Program-made: the position numbers and the translations under genes | Assembly: GCF_009914755.1 (NCBI RefSeq) | Contig: NC_060925.1 | Length of the DNA stretch: 64,000 bases | Reading direction: 5' to 3' (one strand) | Source: the human T2T-CHM13v2.0 reference genome, Homo sapiens | Notes under the pieces: model-generated | What the model was told of the DNA's origin: nothing | Database searches by the model: none | The model's input: the letters and a program-made list of their open reading frames with translations, nothing else | In this document: piece after piece, positions 1-13,749 of the stretch | Numbering within the stretch: the stretch's first letter is position 1 | Layout of the letters: each line of letters opens with the position of its first letter

Positions 1-1016
1 ACGAATGGAATCATCATCGAATGGAAATGAAAGGAGTCATCATCTAATGGAATTGCATGGAATCATCATAAAATGGAATCGAATGGAATCAACATCAAAT
101 GGAATCAAATGGAATCATTGAACGGAATTGAATGGAATCGTCATCGAATGAATTGACTGCAATCATCGAATGGTCTCGAATGGAATCATCTTCAAATGGA
201 ATGGAATGGAATCATCGCATAGAATCGAATGGAATTATCATCGAATGGAATCGAATGGAATCAACATCAAACGGAAAAAAAACGGAATTATCGAATGGAA
301 TCGAAGAGAATCATCGAATGGACCCGAATGGAATCATCTAATGGAATGGAATGGAATAATCCATGGACTCGAATGCAATCATCATCGAATGGAATCGAAT
401 GGAATCATCGAATGGACTCGAATGGAATAATCATTGAACGGAATCGAATGGAATCATCATCGGATGGAAATGAATGGAATCATCATCGAATGGAATCGAA
501 TAGAATTATGGAATGAAATCCAGTGTGATCATCATCGAATGGACCCGAATGGAATCATCATCCAACGGAAGCTAATGGAATCAACATCGAATGAATCGAA
601 TGGAAACACCATCGAATTGAAACGAATGGAATTATCATGAAATTGAAATGGATGGACTCATCATCGAATGGATTCGAATGGAATCATCGAATAAAATTGA
701 TTGAAATCATCATCCAATGGAATCGAATGGTATCATTGAATGGAATCGAATGGAATCATCATCAGATGGAAATGAATGGAATCGTCATAGAATGGAATCG
801 AATGGATTCATTGAATGGAATCAGATGGAATCATCGAATGGACTGGAATGGAATCATTGAATGGACTCAAAAGGGATCATGATTGAATGGAATTGAATGG
901 AATCATCGAATGGTCTCGATTGGAATCATTATCAAATGGAATCGAATGGAATCACCGAATAGAATCGAATGGAACAATCATCGAATGGACTCAAATGGAA
1001 TTATCCTCAAATGGAA

Positions 1017-1069
1017 TCGAATGGAATTATCGAATGCAATCGAATGGAATTATCGAATGCAATCGAATA
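1017..1069 (+). repeat. Perfect tandem pair of the 23-bp monomer (GGAATTATCGAATGCAATCGAAT)x2, present in each unit
   Basis: Read directly at about 1023-1068; collapsed to a single copy in U26 at about 45421. Confidence 0.9.
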
Positions 1070-1309
1070 GAATCATCGAATGGACTCGAATGGAATCATC
1101 GAATGGAATGGAATGGAACAGTCAATGAACTCGAATGGAATCATCATTGAATGGAATCGAATGGAATCATCGAGTGGAATCGAATGGAATTATGATCAAA
1201 TGGAATCGAATGTAATCATCATCAAATGGAATCAAAAATAACCATCATGAATTGGTATTGAATGGAATTGTCATCAAATGGAATTCAAAGGAATCATCAT
1301 CAAATGGAA

Positions 1310-2270
1310 CCGAATGGAATCCTCATTGAATGGAAATGAAAGGGGTCATCATCTAATGGAATCGCATGGAATCATCATCAAATGGAATCGAATGGAATCA
1401 TCATCAAATGGAATCTAATGGAATCATTGAACAGAATTGAATGGAATCGTCATCGAATGAATTGAATGCAATCATCGAATGGTCTCGAATGGAATCATCT
1501 TCTAATGGAAAGGAATGGAATCATCGCATAGAATCGAATGGAATTATCATCGAATGGAATCGAATGGTATCAACACCAAACGGAAAAAAACGGAATTATC
1601 GAATGGAATCGAAGAGAATCTTCGAACGGACCCGAATGGAATCATCTAATGGAATGGAATGGAATAATCCATGGACTCGAATGCAATCATCATCGAATGG
1701 AATGGAATGGAATCATCGAATGGACTCGAATGGAATAATCATTGAACGGAATCGAATGGAATCATCATCGGATGGAAACGAATGGAATCATCATCGAATG
1801 GAAATGAAAGGAGTCATCATCTAATGGAATTGCATGGAATCATCATAAAATGGAATCGAATGGAATCAACATCAAATGGAATCAAATGGAATCATTGAAC
1901 GGAATTGAATGGAATCGTCATCGAATGAATTGACTGCAATCATCGAATGGTCTCGAATGGAATCATCTTCAAATGGAATGGAATGGAATCATCGCATAGA
2001 ATCGAATGGAATTATCATCGAATGGAATCGAATGGAATCAACATCAAACGGAAAAAAACGGAATTATCGAATGGAATCGAAGAGAATCATCGAATGGACC
2101 CGAATGGAATCATCTAATGGAATGGAATGGAATAATCCATGGACTCGAATGCAATCATCATCGAATGGAATCGAATGGAATCATCGAATGGACTCGAATG
2201 GAATAATCATTGAACGGAATAGAATGGAATCATCATCGGATGGAAATGAATGGAATCATCATCGAATGGA
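1310..2270 (+). repeat. Internal tandem duplication with a 468-bp offset inside every 1,776-bp unit (sub-copies A and B); first full example given
   Basis: Near-identical 127-aa frames start at 1441 and 1909 (offset 468). AGGGGTCATC at 1341 pairs with AGGAGTCATC at 1809, and the CAAACGGAAAAAAACGG landmark occurs twice per unit. Ends are approximate. Confidence 0.93.
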
Positions 2271-5200
2271 ATCGAATAGAATTATGGAATGAAATCCAGT
2301 GTGATCATCATCGAATGGACCCGAATGGAATCATCATCCAACGGAAGCTAATGGAATCAACATCGAATGAATCGAATGGAAACACCATCGAACTGAAACG
2401 AATGGAATTATCATGAAATTGAAATGGATGGACTCATCATCGAATGGATTCGAATGGAATCATCGAATAAAATTGATTGAAATCATCATCCAATGGAATC
2501 GAATGGTATCATTGAATGGAATCGAATGGAATCATCATCAGATGGAAATGAATGGAATCGTCATAGAATGGAATCGAATGGATTCATTGAATGGAATCAG
2601 ATGGAATCATCGAATGGACTGGAATGGAATCATTGAATGGACTCGAAAGGGATCATTATTGAATGGAGTTGAATGGAATCATCGAATGGTCTCGATTGGA
2701 ATCATTATCAAATGGAATCGAATGGAATCACCGAATAGAATCGAATGGAACAATCATCGAATGGACTCAAATGGAATTATCCTCCAATGGAATCGAATAG
2801 AATTATCGAATGCAATCGAATGGAATTATCGAATGCAATCGAATAGAATCATCGAATGGACTCGAATGGAATCATCGAATGGAATGGAATGGAACAGTCA
2901 ATGAACTCGAATGGAATCATCTTTGAATGGAATCGAATGGAATCATCGAGTGGAATCGAATGGAATTATGATCAAATGGAATCGAATGTAATCATCATCA
3001 AATGGAATCAAAAATAACCATCATCAATTGGTATTGAATGGAATTGTCATCAAATGGAATTCAAAGGAATCATCATCAAATGGAACCGAATGGAATCCTC
3101 ATTGAATGGAAATGAAAGGGGTCATCATCTAATGGAATCACATGGAATCATCATCAAATGGAATCGAATGGAATCATCATCAAATGGAATCTAATGGAAT
3201 CATTGAACAGAATTGAATGGAATCGTCATCGAATGAATTGAATGCAATCATCGAATGGTCTCGAATGGAATCATCTTCTAATGGAAAGGAATGGAATCAT
3301 CGCATAGAATCGAATGGAATTATCATCGAATGGAATTGAATGGTATCAACACCAAACGGAAAAAAACGGAATTATCGAATGGAATCGAAGAGAATCTTCG
3401 AACGGACCCGAATGGAATCATCTAATGGAATGGAATGGAATAATCCATGGACTCGAATGCAATCATCATCGAATGGAATGGAATGGAATCATCGAATGGA
3501 CTCGAATGGAATAATCATTGAACGGAATCGAATGGAATCATCATCGGATGGAAACGAATGGAATCATCATCGAATGGAAATGAAAGGAGTCATCATCTAA
3601 TGGAATTGCATGGAATCATCATAAAATGGAATCGAATTGAATCAACATCAAATGGAATCAAATGGAATCATTGAACGGAATTGAATGGAATCGTCATCGA
3701 ATGAATTGACTGTAATCATCGAATGGTCTCGAATGGAATCATCTTCAAATGGAATGGAATGGAATCATCGCATAGAATCGAATGGAATTATCATCGAATG
3801 GAATCGAATGGAATCAACATCAAACGGAAAAAAACGGAATTATCGAATGGAATCGAAGAGAATCATCGAATAGACCCGAATGGAATCATCTAATGGAATG
3901 GAATGGAATAATCCATGGACTCGAATGCAATCATCATCGAATGGAATCGAATGGAATCATTGAATGGACTCGAATGGAATAATCATTGAACGGAATCGAA
4001 TGGAATCATCATCGGATGGAAATGAATGGAATCATCATCGAATGGAATCGAATAGAATTATGGAATGAAATCCAGTGTGATCATCATCGAATGGACCCGA
4101 ATGGAATCATCATCCAACGGAAGCTAATGGAATCAACATCGAATGAATCGAATGGAAACACCATCGAATTGAAACGAATGGAATTATCATGAAATTGAAA
4201 TGGATGGACTCATCATCGAATGGATTCGAATGGAATCATCGAATAAAATTGATTGAAATCATCATCCAATGGAATCGAATGGTATCATTGAATGGAATCG
4301 AATGGAATCATCATCAGATGGAAATGAATGGAATCGTCATAGAATGGAATCGAATGGATTCATTGAATGGAATCAGATGGAATCATCGAATGGACTGGAA
4401 TGGAATCATTGAATGGACTCGAAAGGGATCATGATTGAATGGAATTGAATGGAATCATCGAATGGTCTCGATTGGAATCATTATCAAATGGAATCGAATG
4501 GAATCACCGAATAGAATCGAATGGAACAATCATCGAATGGACTCAAATGGAATTATCCTCAAATGGAATCGAATGGAATTATCGAATGCAATCGAATGGA
4601 ATTATCGAATGCAATCGAATAGAATCATCGAATGGACTCGAATGGAATCATCGAATGGAATGGAATGGAACAGTCAATGAACTCGAATGGAATCATCATT
4701 GAATGGAATCGAATGGAATCATCGAGTGGAATCGAATGGAATTATGATCAAATGGAATCGAATGTAATCATCATCAAATGGAATCAAAAATAACCATCAT
4801 CAATTGGTATTGAATGGAATTGTCATCAAATGGAATTCAAAGGAATCATCATCAAATGGAACCGAATGGAATCCTCATTGAATGGAAATGAAAGGGGTCA
4901 TCATCTAATGGAATCGCATGGAATCATCATCAAATGGAATCGAATGGAATCATCATTAAATGGAATCTAATGGAATCATTGAACAGAATTGAATGGAATC
5001 GTCATCGAATGAATTGAATGCAATCATCGAATGGTCTCGAATGGAATCATCTTCTAATGGAAAGGAATGGAATCATCGCATAGAATCGAATGGAATTATC
5101 ATCGAATGGAATCGAATGGTATCAACACCAAACGGAAAAAAACGGAATTATCGAATGGAATCGAAGAGAATCTTCGAACGGACCCGAATGGAATCATCTA

Positions 5201-8200
5201 ATGGAATGGAATGGAACAATCCATGGACTCGAATGCAATCATCATCGAATGGAATGGAATGGAGTCATCGAATGGACTCGAATGGAATAATCATTGAACG
5301 GAATCGAATGGAATCATCATCGGATGGAAACGAATGGAATCATCATCGAATGGAAATGAAAGGAGTCATCATCTAATGGAATTGCATGGAATCATCATAA
5401 AATGGAATCGAATGGAATCAACATCAAATGGAATCAAATGGAATCATTGAATGGAATTGAATGGAATCGTCATCGAATGAATTGACTGCAATCATCGAAT
5501 GGTCTCGAATGGAATCATCTTCAAATGAAATGGAATGGAATCATCGCATAGAATCGAATGGAATTATCATCGAATGGAATCGAATGGAATCAACATCAAA
5601 CGGAAAAAAACAGAATTATCGTATGGAATCTAAGAGAATCATCGAATGGACCCGAATGGAATCATCTAATGGAATGGAATGGAATAATCCATGGACTCGA
5701 ATGCAATCATCATCGAATGGAATCGAATGGAATCATCGAATGGACTCGAATGGAATAATCATTGAACGGAATCGAATGGAATCATCATCGGATGGAAATG
5801 AATGGAATCATCATCGAATGGAATCGAATAGAATTATGGAATGAAATCCAGTGTGATCATCATCGAATGGACCCGAATGGAATCATCATCCAACGGAAGC
5901 TAATGGAATCAACATCGAATGAATCGAATGGAAACACCATCGAATTGAAACGAATGGAATTATCATGAAATTGAAATGGATGGACACATCATCGAATGGA
6001 TTCGAATGGAATCATCGAATAAAATTGATTGAAATCATCATCCAATGGAATCGAATGGTATCATTGAATGGAATCGAATGGAATCATCATCAGATGGAAA
6101 TGAATGGAATCGTCATAGAATGGAATCGAATGGATTCATTGAATGGAATCAGATGGAATCATCGAATGGACTGGAATGGAATCATTGAATGGACTCGAAA
6201 GGGATCATGATTGAATGGAATTGAATGGAATCATCGAATGGTCTCGATTGGAATCATTATCAAATGGAATCGAATGGAATCACCGAATAGAATCGAATGG
6301 AACAATCATCGAATGGACTCAAATGGAATTATCCTCAAATGGAATGGAATGGAATTATCGAATGCAATCGAATGGAATTATCGAATGCAATCGTATAGAA
6401 TCATCGAATGGACTCGAATGGAATCATCGAATGGAATGGAATGGAACAGTCAATGAACTCGAATGGAATCATCATTGAATGGAATCAAATGGAATCATCG
6501 AGTGGAATCGAATGGAATTATGATCAAATGGAATCGAATGTAATCATCATCAAATGGAATCAAAAATAACCATCATCAATTGGTATTGAATGGAATTGTC
6601 ATCAAATGGAATTCAAAGGAATCATCATCAAATGGAACCGAATGGAATCCTCATTGAATGGAAATGAAAGGGGTCATCATCTAATGGAATCGCATGGAAT
6701 CATCATCAAATGGAATCGAATGGAATCATCATCAAATGGAATCTAATGGAATCATTGAACAGAATTGAATGGAATCGTCATCGAATGAATTGAATGCAAT
6801 CATCGAATGGTCTCGAATGTAATCATCTTCTAATGGAAAGGAATGGAATCATCGCATAGAATCGAATGGAATTATCATCGAATGGAATCGAATGGTATCA
6901 ACACCAAACGGAAAAAAACGGAATTATCGAATGGAATCGAAGAGAATCTTCGAACGGACCCGAATGGAATCATCTAATGGAATGGAATGGAATAATCCAT
7001 GGACTCGAATGCAATCATCATCGAATGGAATCGAATGGAATCATCGAATGGACTCGAATGGAATAATCATTGAACGGAATCGAATGGAATCATCATCGGA
7101 TGGAAATGAATGGAATCATCATCGAATGGAAATGAAAGGAGTCATCATCTAATGGAATTGCATGGAATCATCATAAAATGGAATCGAATGGAATCAACAT
7201 CAAATGGAATCAAATGGAATCATTGAACGGAATTGAATGGAATCGTCATCGAATGAATTGACTGCAATCATCCAATGGTCTCGAATGGAATCATCTTCAA
7301 ATGGAATGGAATGGAATCATCGCATAGAATCGAATGGAATTATCATCGAATGGAATCGAATGGAATCAACATCAAACGGAAAAAAACGGAATTATCGAAT
7401 GGAATCGAAGAGAATCATCGAATGGACCCGAATGGAATCATCTAATGGAATGGAATGGAATAATCCATGGACTCGAATGCAATCATCATCGAATGGAATC
7501 GAATGGAATCATCGAATGGACTCGAATGGAATAATCATTGAACGGAATCGAATGGAATCATCATCGGATGGAAATGAATGGAATCATCATCGAATGGAAT
7601 CGAATAGAATTATGGAATGAAATCCAGTGTGATCATCATCGAATGGACCCGAATGGAATCATCATCCAACGGAAGCTAATGGAATCAACATCGAATGAAT
7701 CGAATGGAAACACCATCGAATTGAAACGAATGGAATTATCATGAAATTGAAATGGATGGACTCATCATCGAATGGATTCGAATGGAATCATCGAATAAAA
7801 TTGATTGAAATCATCATCGAATGGAATCGAATGGTATCATTGAATGGAATCGAATGGAATCATCATCAGATGGAAATGAATGGAATCGTCATAGAATGGA
7901 ATCGAATGGATTCATTGAATGGAATCAGATGGAATCATCGAATGGACTGGAATGGAATCATTGAATGGACTCGAAAGGGATCATGATTGAATGGAATTGA
8001 ATGGAATCATCGAATGGTCTCGATTGGAATCATTATCAAATGGAATCGAATGGAATCACCGAATAGAATCGAATGGAACAATCATCGAATGGACTCAAAT
8101 GGAATTATCCTCCAATGGAATCGAATGGAATTATCGAATGCAATCGAATGGAATTATCGAATGCAATCGAATAGAATCATCGAATGGACTCGAATGGAAT

Positions 8201-11200
8201 CATCGAATGGAATGGAATGGAACAGTCAATGAACTCGAATGGAATCATCATTGAATGGAATCGAATGGAATCATCGAGTGGAATCGAATGGAATTATGAT
8301 CAAATGGAATCGAATGTAATCATCATCAAATGGAATCAAAAATAACCATCATCAATTGGTATTGAATGGAATTGTCATCAAATGGAATTCAAAGGAATCA
8401 TCATCAAATGGAACCGAATGGAATCCTCATTGAATGGAAATGAAAGGGGTCATCATCTAATGGAATCGCATGGAATCATCATCAAATGGAATCGAATGGA
8501 ATCATCATCAAATGGAATCTAATGGAATCATTGAACAGAATTGAATGGAATCGTCATCGAATGAATTGAATGCAATCATCGAATGGTCTCGAATGGAATC
8601 ATCTTCTAATGGAAAGGAATGGAATCATCGCATAGAATCGAATGGAATTATCATCGAATGGAATCGAATGGTATCAACACCAAACGGAAAAAAACGGAAT
8701 TATCGAATGGAATCGAAGAGAATCTTCGAACGGACCCGAATGGAATCATCTAATGGAATGGAATGGAATAATCCATGGACTCGAATGCAATCATCATCGA
8801 ATGGAATGGAATGGAATCATCGAATGGACTCGAATGGAATAATCATTGAACGGAATCGAATGGAATCATCATCGGATGGAAACGAATGGAATCATCATCG
8901 AATGGAAATGAAAGGAGTCATCATCTAATGGAATTGCATGGAATCATCATAAAATGGAATCGAATGGAATCAACATCAAATGGAATCAAATGGAATCATT
9001 GAACGGAATTGAATGGAATCGTCATCGAATGAATTGACTGCAATCATCGAATGGTCTCGAATGGAATCATCTTCAAATGGAATGGAATGGAATCATCGCA
9101 TAGAATCGAATGGAATTATCATCGAATGGAATCGAATGGAATCAACATCAAACGGAAAAAAACGGAATTATCGAATGGAATCGAAGAGAATCATCGAATG
9201 GACCCGAATGGAATCATCTAATGGAATGGAATGGAATAATCCATGGACTCGAATGCAATCATCATCGAATGGAATCGAATGGAATCATCGAATGGACTCG
9301 AATGGAATAATCATTGAACGGAATCGAATGGAATCATCATCGGATGGAAATGAATGGAATCATCATCGAATGGAATCGAATAGAATTATGGAATGAAATC
9401 CAGTGTGATCATCATCGAATGGACCCGAATGGAATCATCATCCAACGGAAGCTAATGGAATCAACATCGAATGAATCGAATGGAAACACCATCGAACTGA
9501 AACGAATGGAATTATCATGAAATTGAAATGGATGGACTCATCATCGAATGGATTCGAATGGAATCATCGAATAAAATTGATTGAAATCATCATCCAATGG
9601 AATCGAATGGTATCATTGAATGGAATCGAATGGAATCATCATCAGATGGAAATGAATGGAATCGTCATAGAATGGAATCCAATGGATTCATTGAATGGAA
9701 TCAGATGGAATCATCGAATGGACTGGAATGGAATCATTGAATGGACTCGAAAGGGATCATTATTGAATGGAATTGAATGGAATCATCGAATGGTCTCGAT
9801 TGGAATCATTATCAAATGGAATCGAATGGAATCACCGAATAGAATCGAATGGAACAATCATCGAATGGACTCAAATGGAATTATCCTCCAATGGAATCGA
9901 ATAGAATTATCGAATGCAATCGAATGGAATTATCGAATGCAATCGAATAGAATCATCGAATGGACTCGAATGGAATCATCGAATGGAATGGAATGGAACA
10001 GTCAATGAACTCGAATGGAATCATCATTGAATGGAATCGAATGGAATCATCGAGTGGAATCGAATGGAATTATGATCAAATGGAATCGAATGTAATCATC
10101 ATCAAATGGAATCAAAAATAACCATCATCAATTGGTATTGAATGGAATTGTCATCAAATGGAATTCAAAGGAATCATCATCAAATGGAACCGAATGGAAT
10201 CCTCATTGAATGGAAATGAAAGGGGTCATCATCTAATGGAATCACATGGAATCATCATCAAATGGAATCGAATGGAATCATCATCAAATGGAATCTAATG
10301 GAATCATTGAACAGAATTGAATGGAATCGTCATCGAATGAATTGAATGCAATCATCGAATGGTCTCGAATGGAATCATCTTCTAATGGAAAGGAATGGAA
10401 TCATCGCATAGAATCGAATGGAATTATCATCGAATGGAATCGAATGGTATCAACACCAAACGGAAAAAAACGGAATTATCGAATGGAATCGAAGAGAATC
10501 TTCGAACGGACCCGAATGGAATCATCTAATGGAATGGAATGGAATAATCCATGGACTCGAATGCAATCATCATCGAATGGAATGGAATGGAATCATCGAA
10601 TGGACTCGAATGGAATAATCATTGAACGGAATCGAATGGAATCATCATCGGATGGAAACGAATGGAATCATCATCGAATGGAAATGAAAGGAGTCATCAT
10701 CTAATGGAATTGCATGGAATCATCATAAAATGGAATCGAATTGAATCAACATCAAATGGAATCAAATGGAATCATTGAACGGAATTGAATGGAATCGTCA
10801 TCGAATGAATTGACTGCAATCATCGAATGGTCTCGAATGGAATCATCTTCAAATGGAATGGAATGGAATCATCGCATAGAATCGAATGGAATTATCATCG
10901 AATGGAATCGAATGGAATCAACATCAAACGGAAAAAAACGGAATTATCGAATGGAATCGAAGAGAATCATCGAATGGACCCGAATGGAATCATCTAATGG
11001 AATGGAATGGAATAATCCATGGACTCGAATGCAATCATCATCGAATGGAATCGAATGGAATCATTGAATGGACTCGAATGGAATAATCATTGAACGGAAT
11101 CGAATGGAATCATCATCGGATGGAAATGAATGGAATCATCATCGAATGGAATCGAATAGAATTATGGAATGAAATCCAGTGTGATCATCATCGAATGGAC

Positions 11201-13749
11201 CCGAATGGAATCATCATCCAACGGAAGCTAATGGAATCAACATCGAATGAATCGAATGGAAACACCATCGAATTGAAACGAATGGAATTATCATGAAATT
11301 GAAATGGATGGACTCATCATCGAATGGATTCGAATGGAATCATCGAATAAAATTGATTGAAATCATCATCCAATGGAATCGAATGGTATCATTGAATGGA
11401 ATCGAATGGAATCATCATCAGATGGAAATGAATGGAATCGTCATAGAATGGAATCGAATGGATTCATTGAATGGAATCAGATGGAATCATCGAATGGACT
11501 GGAATGGAATCATTGAATGGACTCGAAAGGGATCATGATTGAATGGAATTGAATGGAATCATCGAATGGTCTCGATTGGAATCATTATCAAATGGAATCG
11601 AATGGAATCACCGAATAGAATCGAATGGAACAATCATCGAATGGACTCAAATGGAATTATCCTCAAATGGAATCGAATGGAATTATCGAATGCAATCGAA
11701 TGGAATTATCGAATGCAATCGAATAGAATCATCGAAAGGACTCGAATGGAATCATCGAATGGAATGGAATGGAACAGTCAATGAACTCGAATGGAATCAT
11801 CATTGAATGGAATCGAATGGAATCATCGAGTGGAATCGAATGGAATTATGATCAAATGGAATCGAATGTAATCATCATCAAATGGAATCAAAAATAACCA
11901 TCATCAATTGGTATTGAATGGAATTGTCATCAAATGGAATTCAAAGGAATCATCATCAAATGGAACCGAATGGAATCCTCATTGAATGGAAATGAAAGGG
12001 GTCATCATCTAATGGAATCGCATGGAATCATCATCAAATGGAATCGAATGGAATCATCATCAAATGGAATCTAATGGAATCATTGAACAGAATTGAATGG
12101 AATCGTCATCGAATGAATTGAATGCAATCATCGAATGGTCTCGAATGGAATCATCTTCTAATGGAAAGGAATGGAATCATCGCATAGAATCGAATGGAAT
12201 TATCATCGAATGGAATCGAATGGTATCAACACCAAACGGAAAAAAACGGAATTATCGAATGGAATCGAAGAGAATCTTCGAACGGACCCGAATGGAATCA
12301 TCTAATGGAATGGAATGGAATAATCCATGGACTCGAATGCAATCATCATCGAATGGAATGGAATGGAATCATCGAATGGACTCGAATGGAATAATCATTG
12401 AACGGAATCGAATGGAATCATCATCGGATGGAAACGAATGGAATCATCATCGAATGGAAATGAAAGGAGTCATCATCTAATGGAATTGCATGGAATCATC
12501 ATAAAATGGAATCGAATGGAATCAACATCAAATGGAATCAAATGGAATCATTGAACGGAATTGAATGGAATCGTCGTCGAATGAATTGACTGCAATCATC
12601 GAATGGTCTCGAATGGAATCATCTTCAAATGGAATGGAATGGAATCATCGCATAGAATCGAATGGAATTATCATCGAATGGAATCGAATGGAATCAACAT
12701 CAAACGGAAAAAAACGGAATTATCGAATGGAATCGAAGAGAATCATCGAATGGACCCGAATGGAATCATCTAATGGAATGGAATGGAATAATCCATGGAC
12801 TCGAATGCAATCATCATCGAATGGAATCGAATGGAATCATCGAATGGACTCGAATGGAATAATCATTGAACGGAATCGAATGGAATCATCATCGGATGGA
12901 AATGAATGGAATCATCATCGAATGGAATCGAATAGAATTATGGAATGAAATCCAGTGTGATCATCATCGAATGGACCCGAATGGAATCATCATCCAACGG
13001 AAGCTAATGGAATCAACATCGAATGAATCGAATGGAAACACCATCGAATTGAAACGAATGGAATTATCATGAAATTGAAATGGATGGACTCATCATCGAA
13101 TGGATTCGAATGGAATCATCGAATAAAATTGATTGAAATCATCATCCAATGGAATCGAATGGTATCATTGAATGGAATCGAATGGAATCATCATCAGATG
13201 GAAATGAATGGAATCGTCATAGAATGGAATCGAATGGATTCATTGAATGGAATCAGATGGAATCATCGAATGGACTGGAATGGAATCATTGAATGGACTC
13301 GAAAGGGATCATTATTGAATGGAATTGAATGGAATCATCGAATGGTCTCGATTGGAATCATTATCAAATGGAATCGAATGGAATCACCGAATAGAATCGA
13401 ATGGAACAATCATCGAATGGACTCAAATGGAATTATCCTCCAATGGAATCGAATGGAATTATCGAATGCAATCGAATGGAATTATCGAATGCAATCGAAT
13501 AGAATCATCGAATGGACTCGAATGGAATCATCGAATGGAATGGAATGGAACAGTCAATGAACTCGAATGGAATCATCATTGAATGGAATCGAATGGAATC
13601 ATCGAGTGGAATCGAATGGAATTATGATCAAATGGAATCGAATGTAATCATCATCAAATGAAATCAAAAATAACCATCATCAATTGGTATTGAATGGAAT
13701 TGTCATCAAATGGAATTCAAAGGAATCATCATCAAATGGAACCGAATGG

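Noticed and set aside
694-890. DUX4-like sites (TTGATTGAAATCA, TGATTGAATGG)
   Set aside because: DUX4 is known to activate HSATII, but these sites do not match TAAYYYAATCA cleanly (spacing off or mismatched), so no site is called.
2413-2904. 163-aa ORF present in only some units, resembling a regulated read-through or phase switch
   Set aside because: It results from a single TGA/TTA polymorphism (position 881 equivalent) segregating among units; there is no evidence of coding function.
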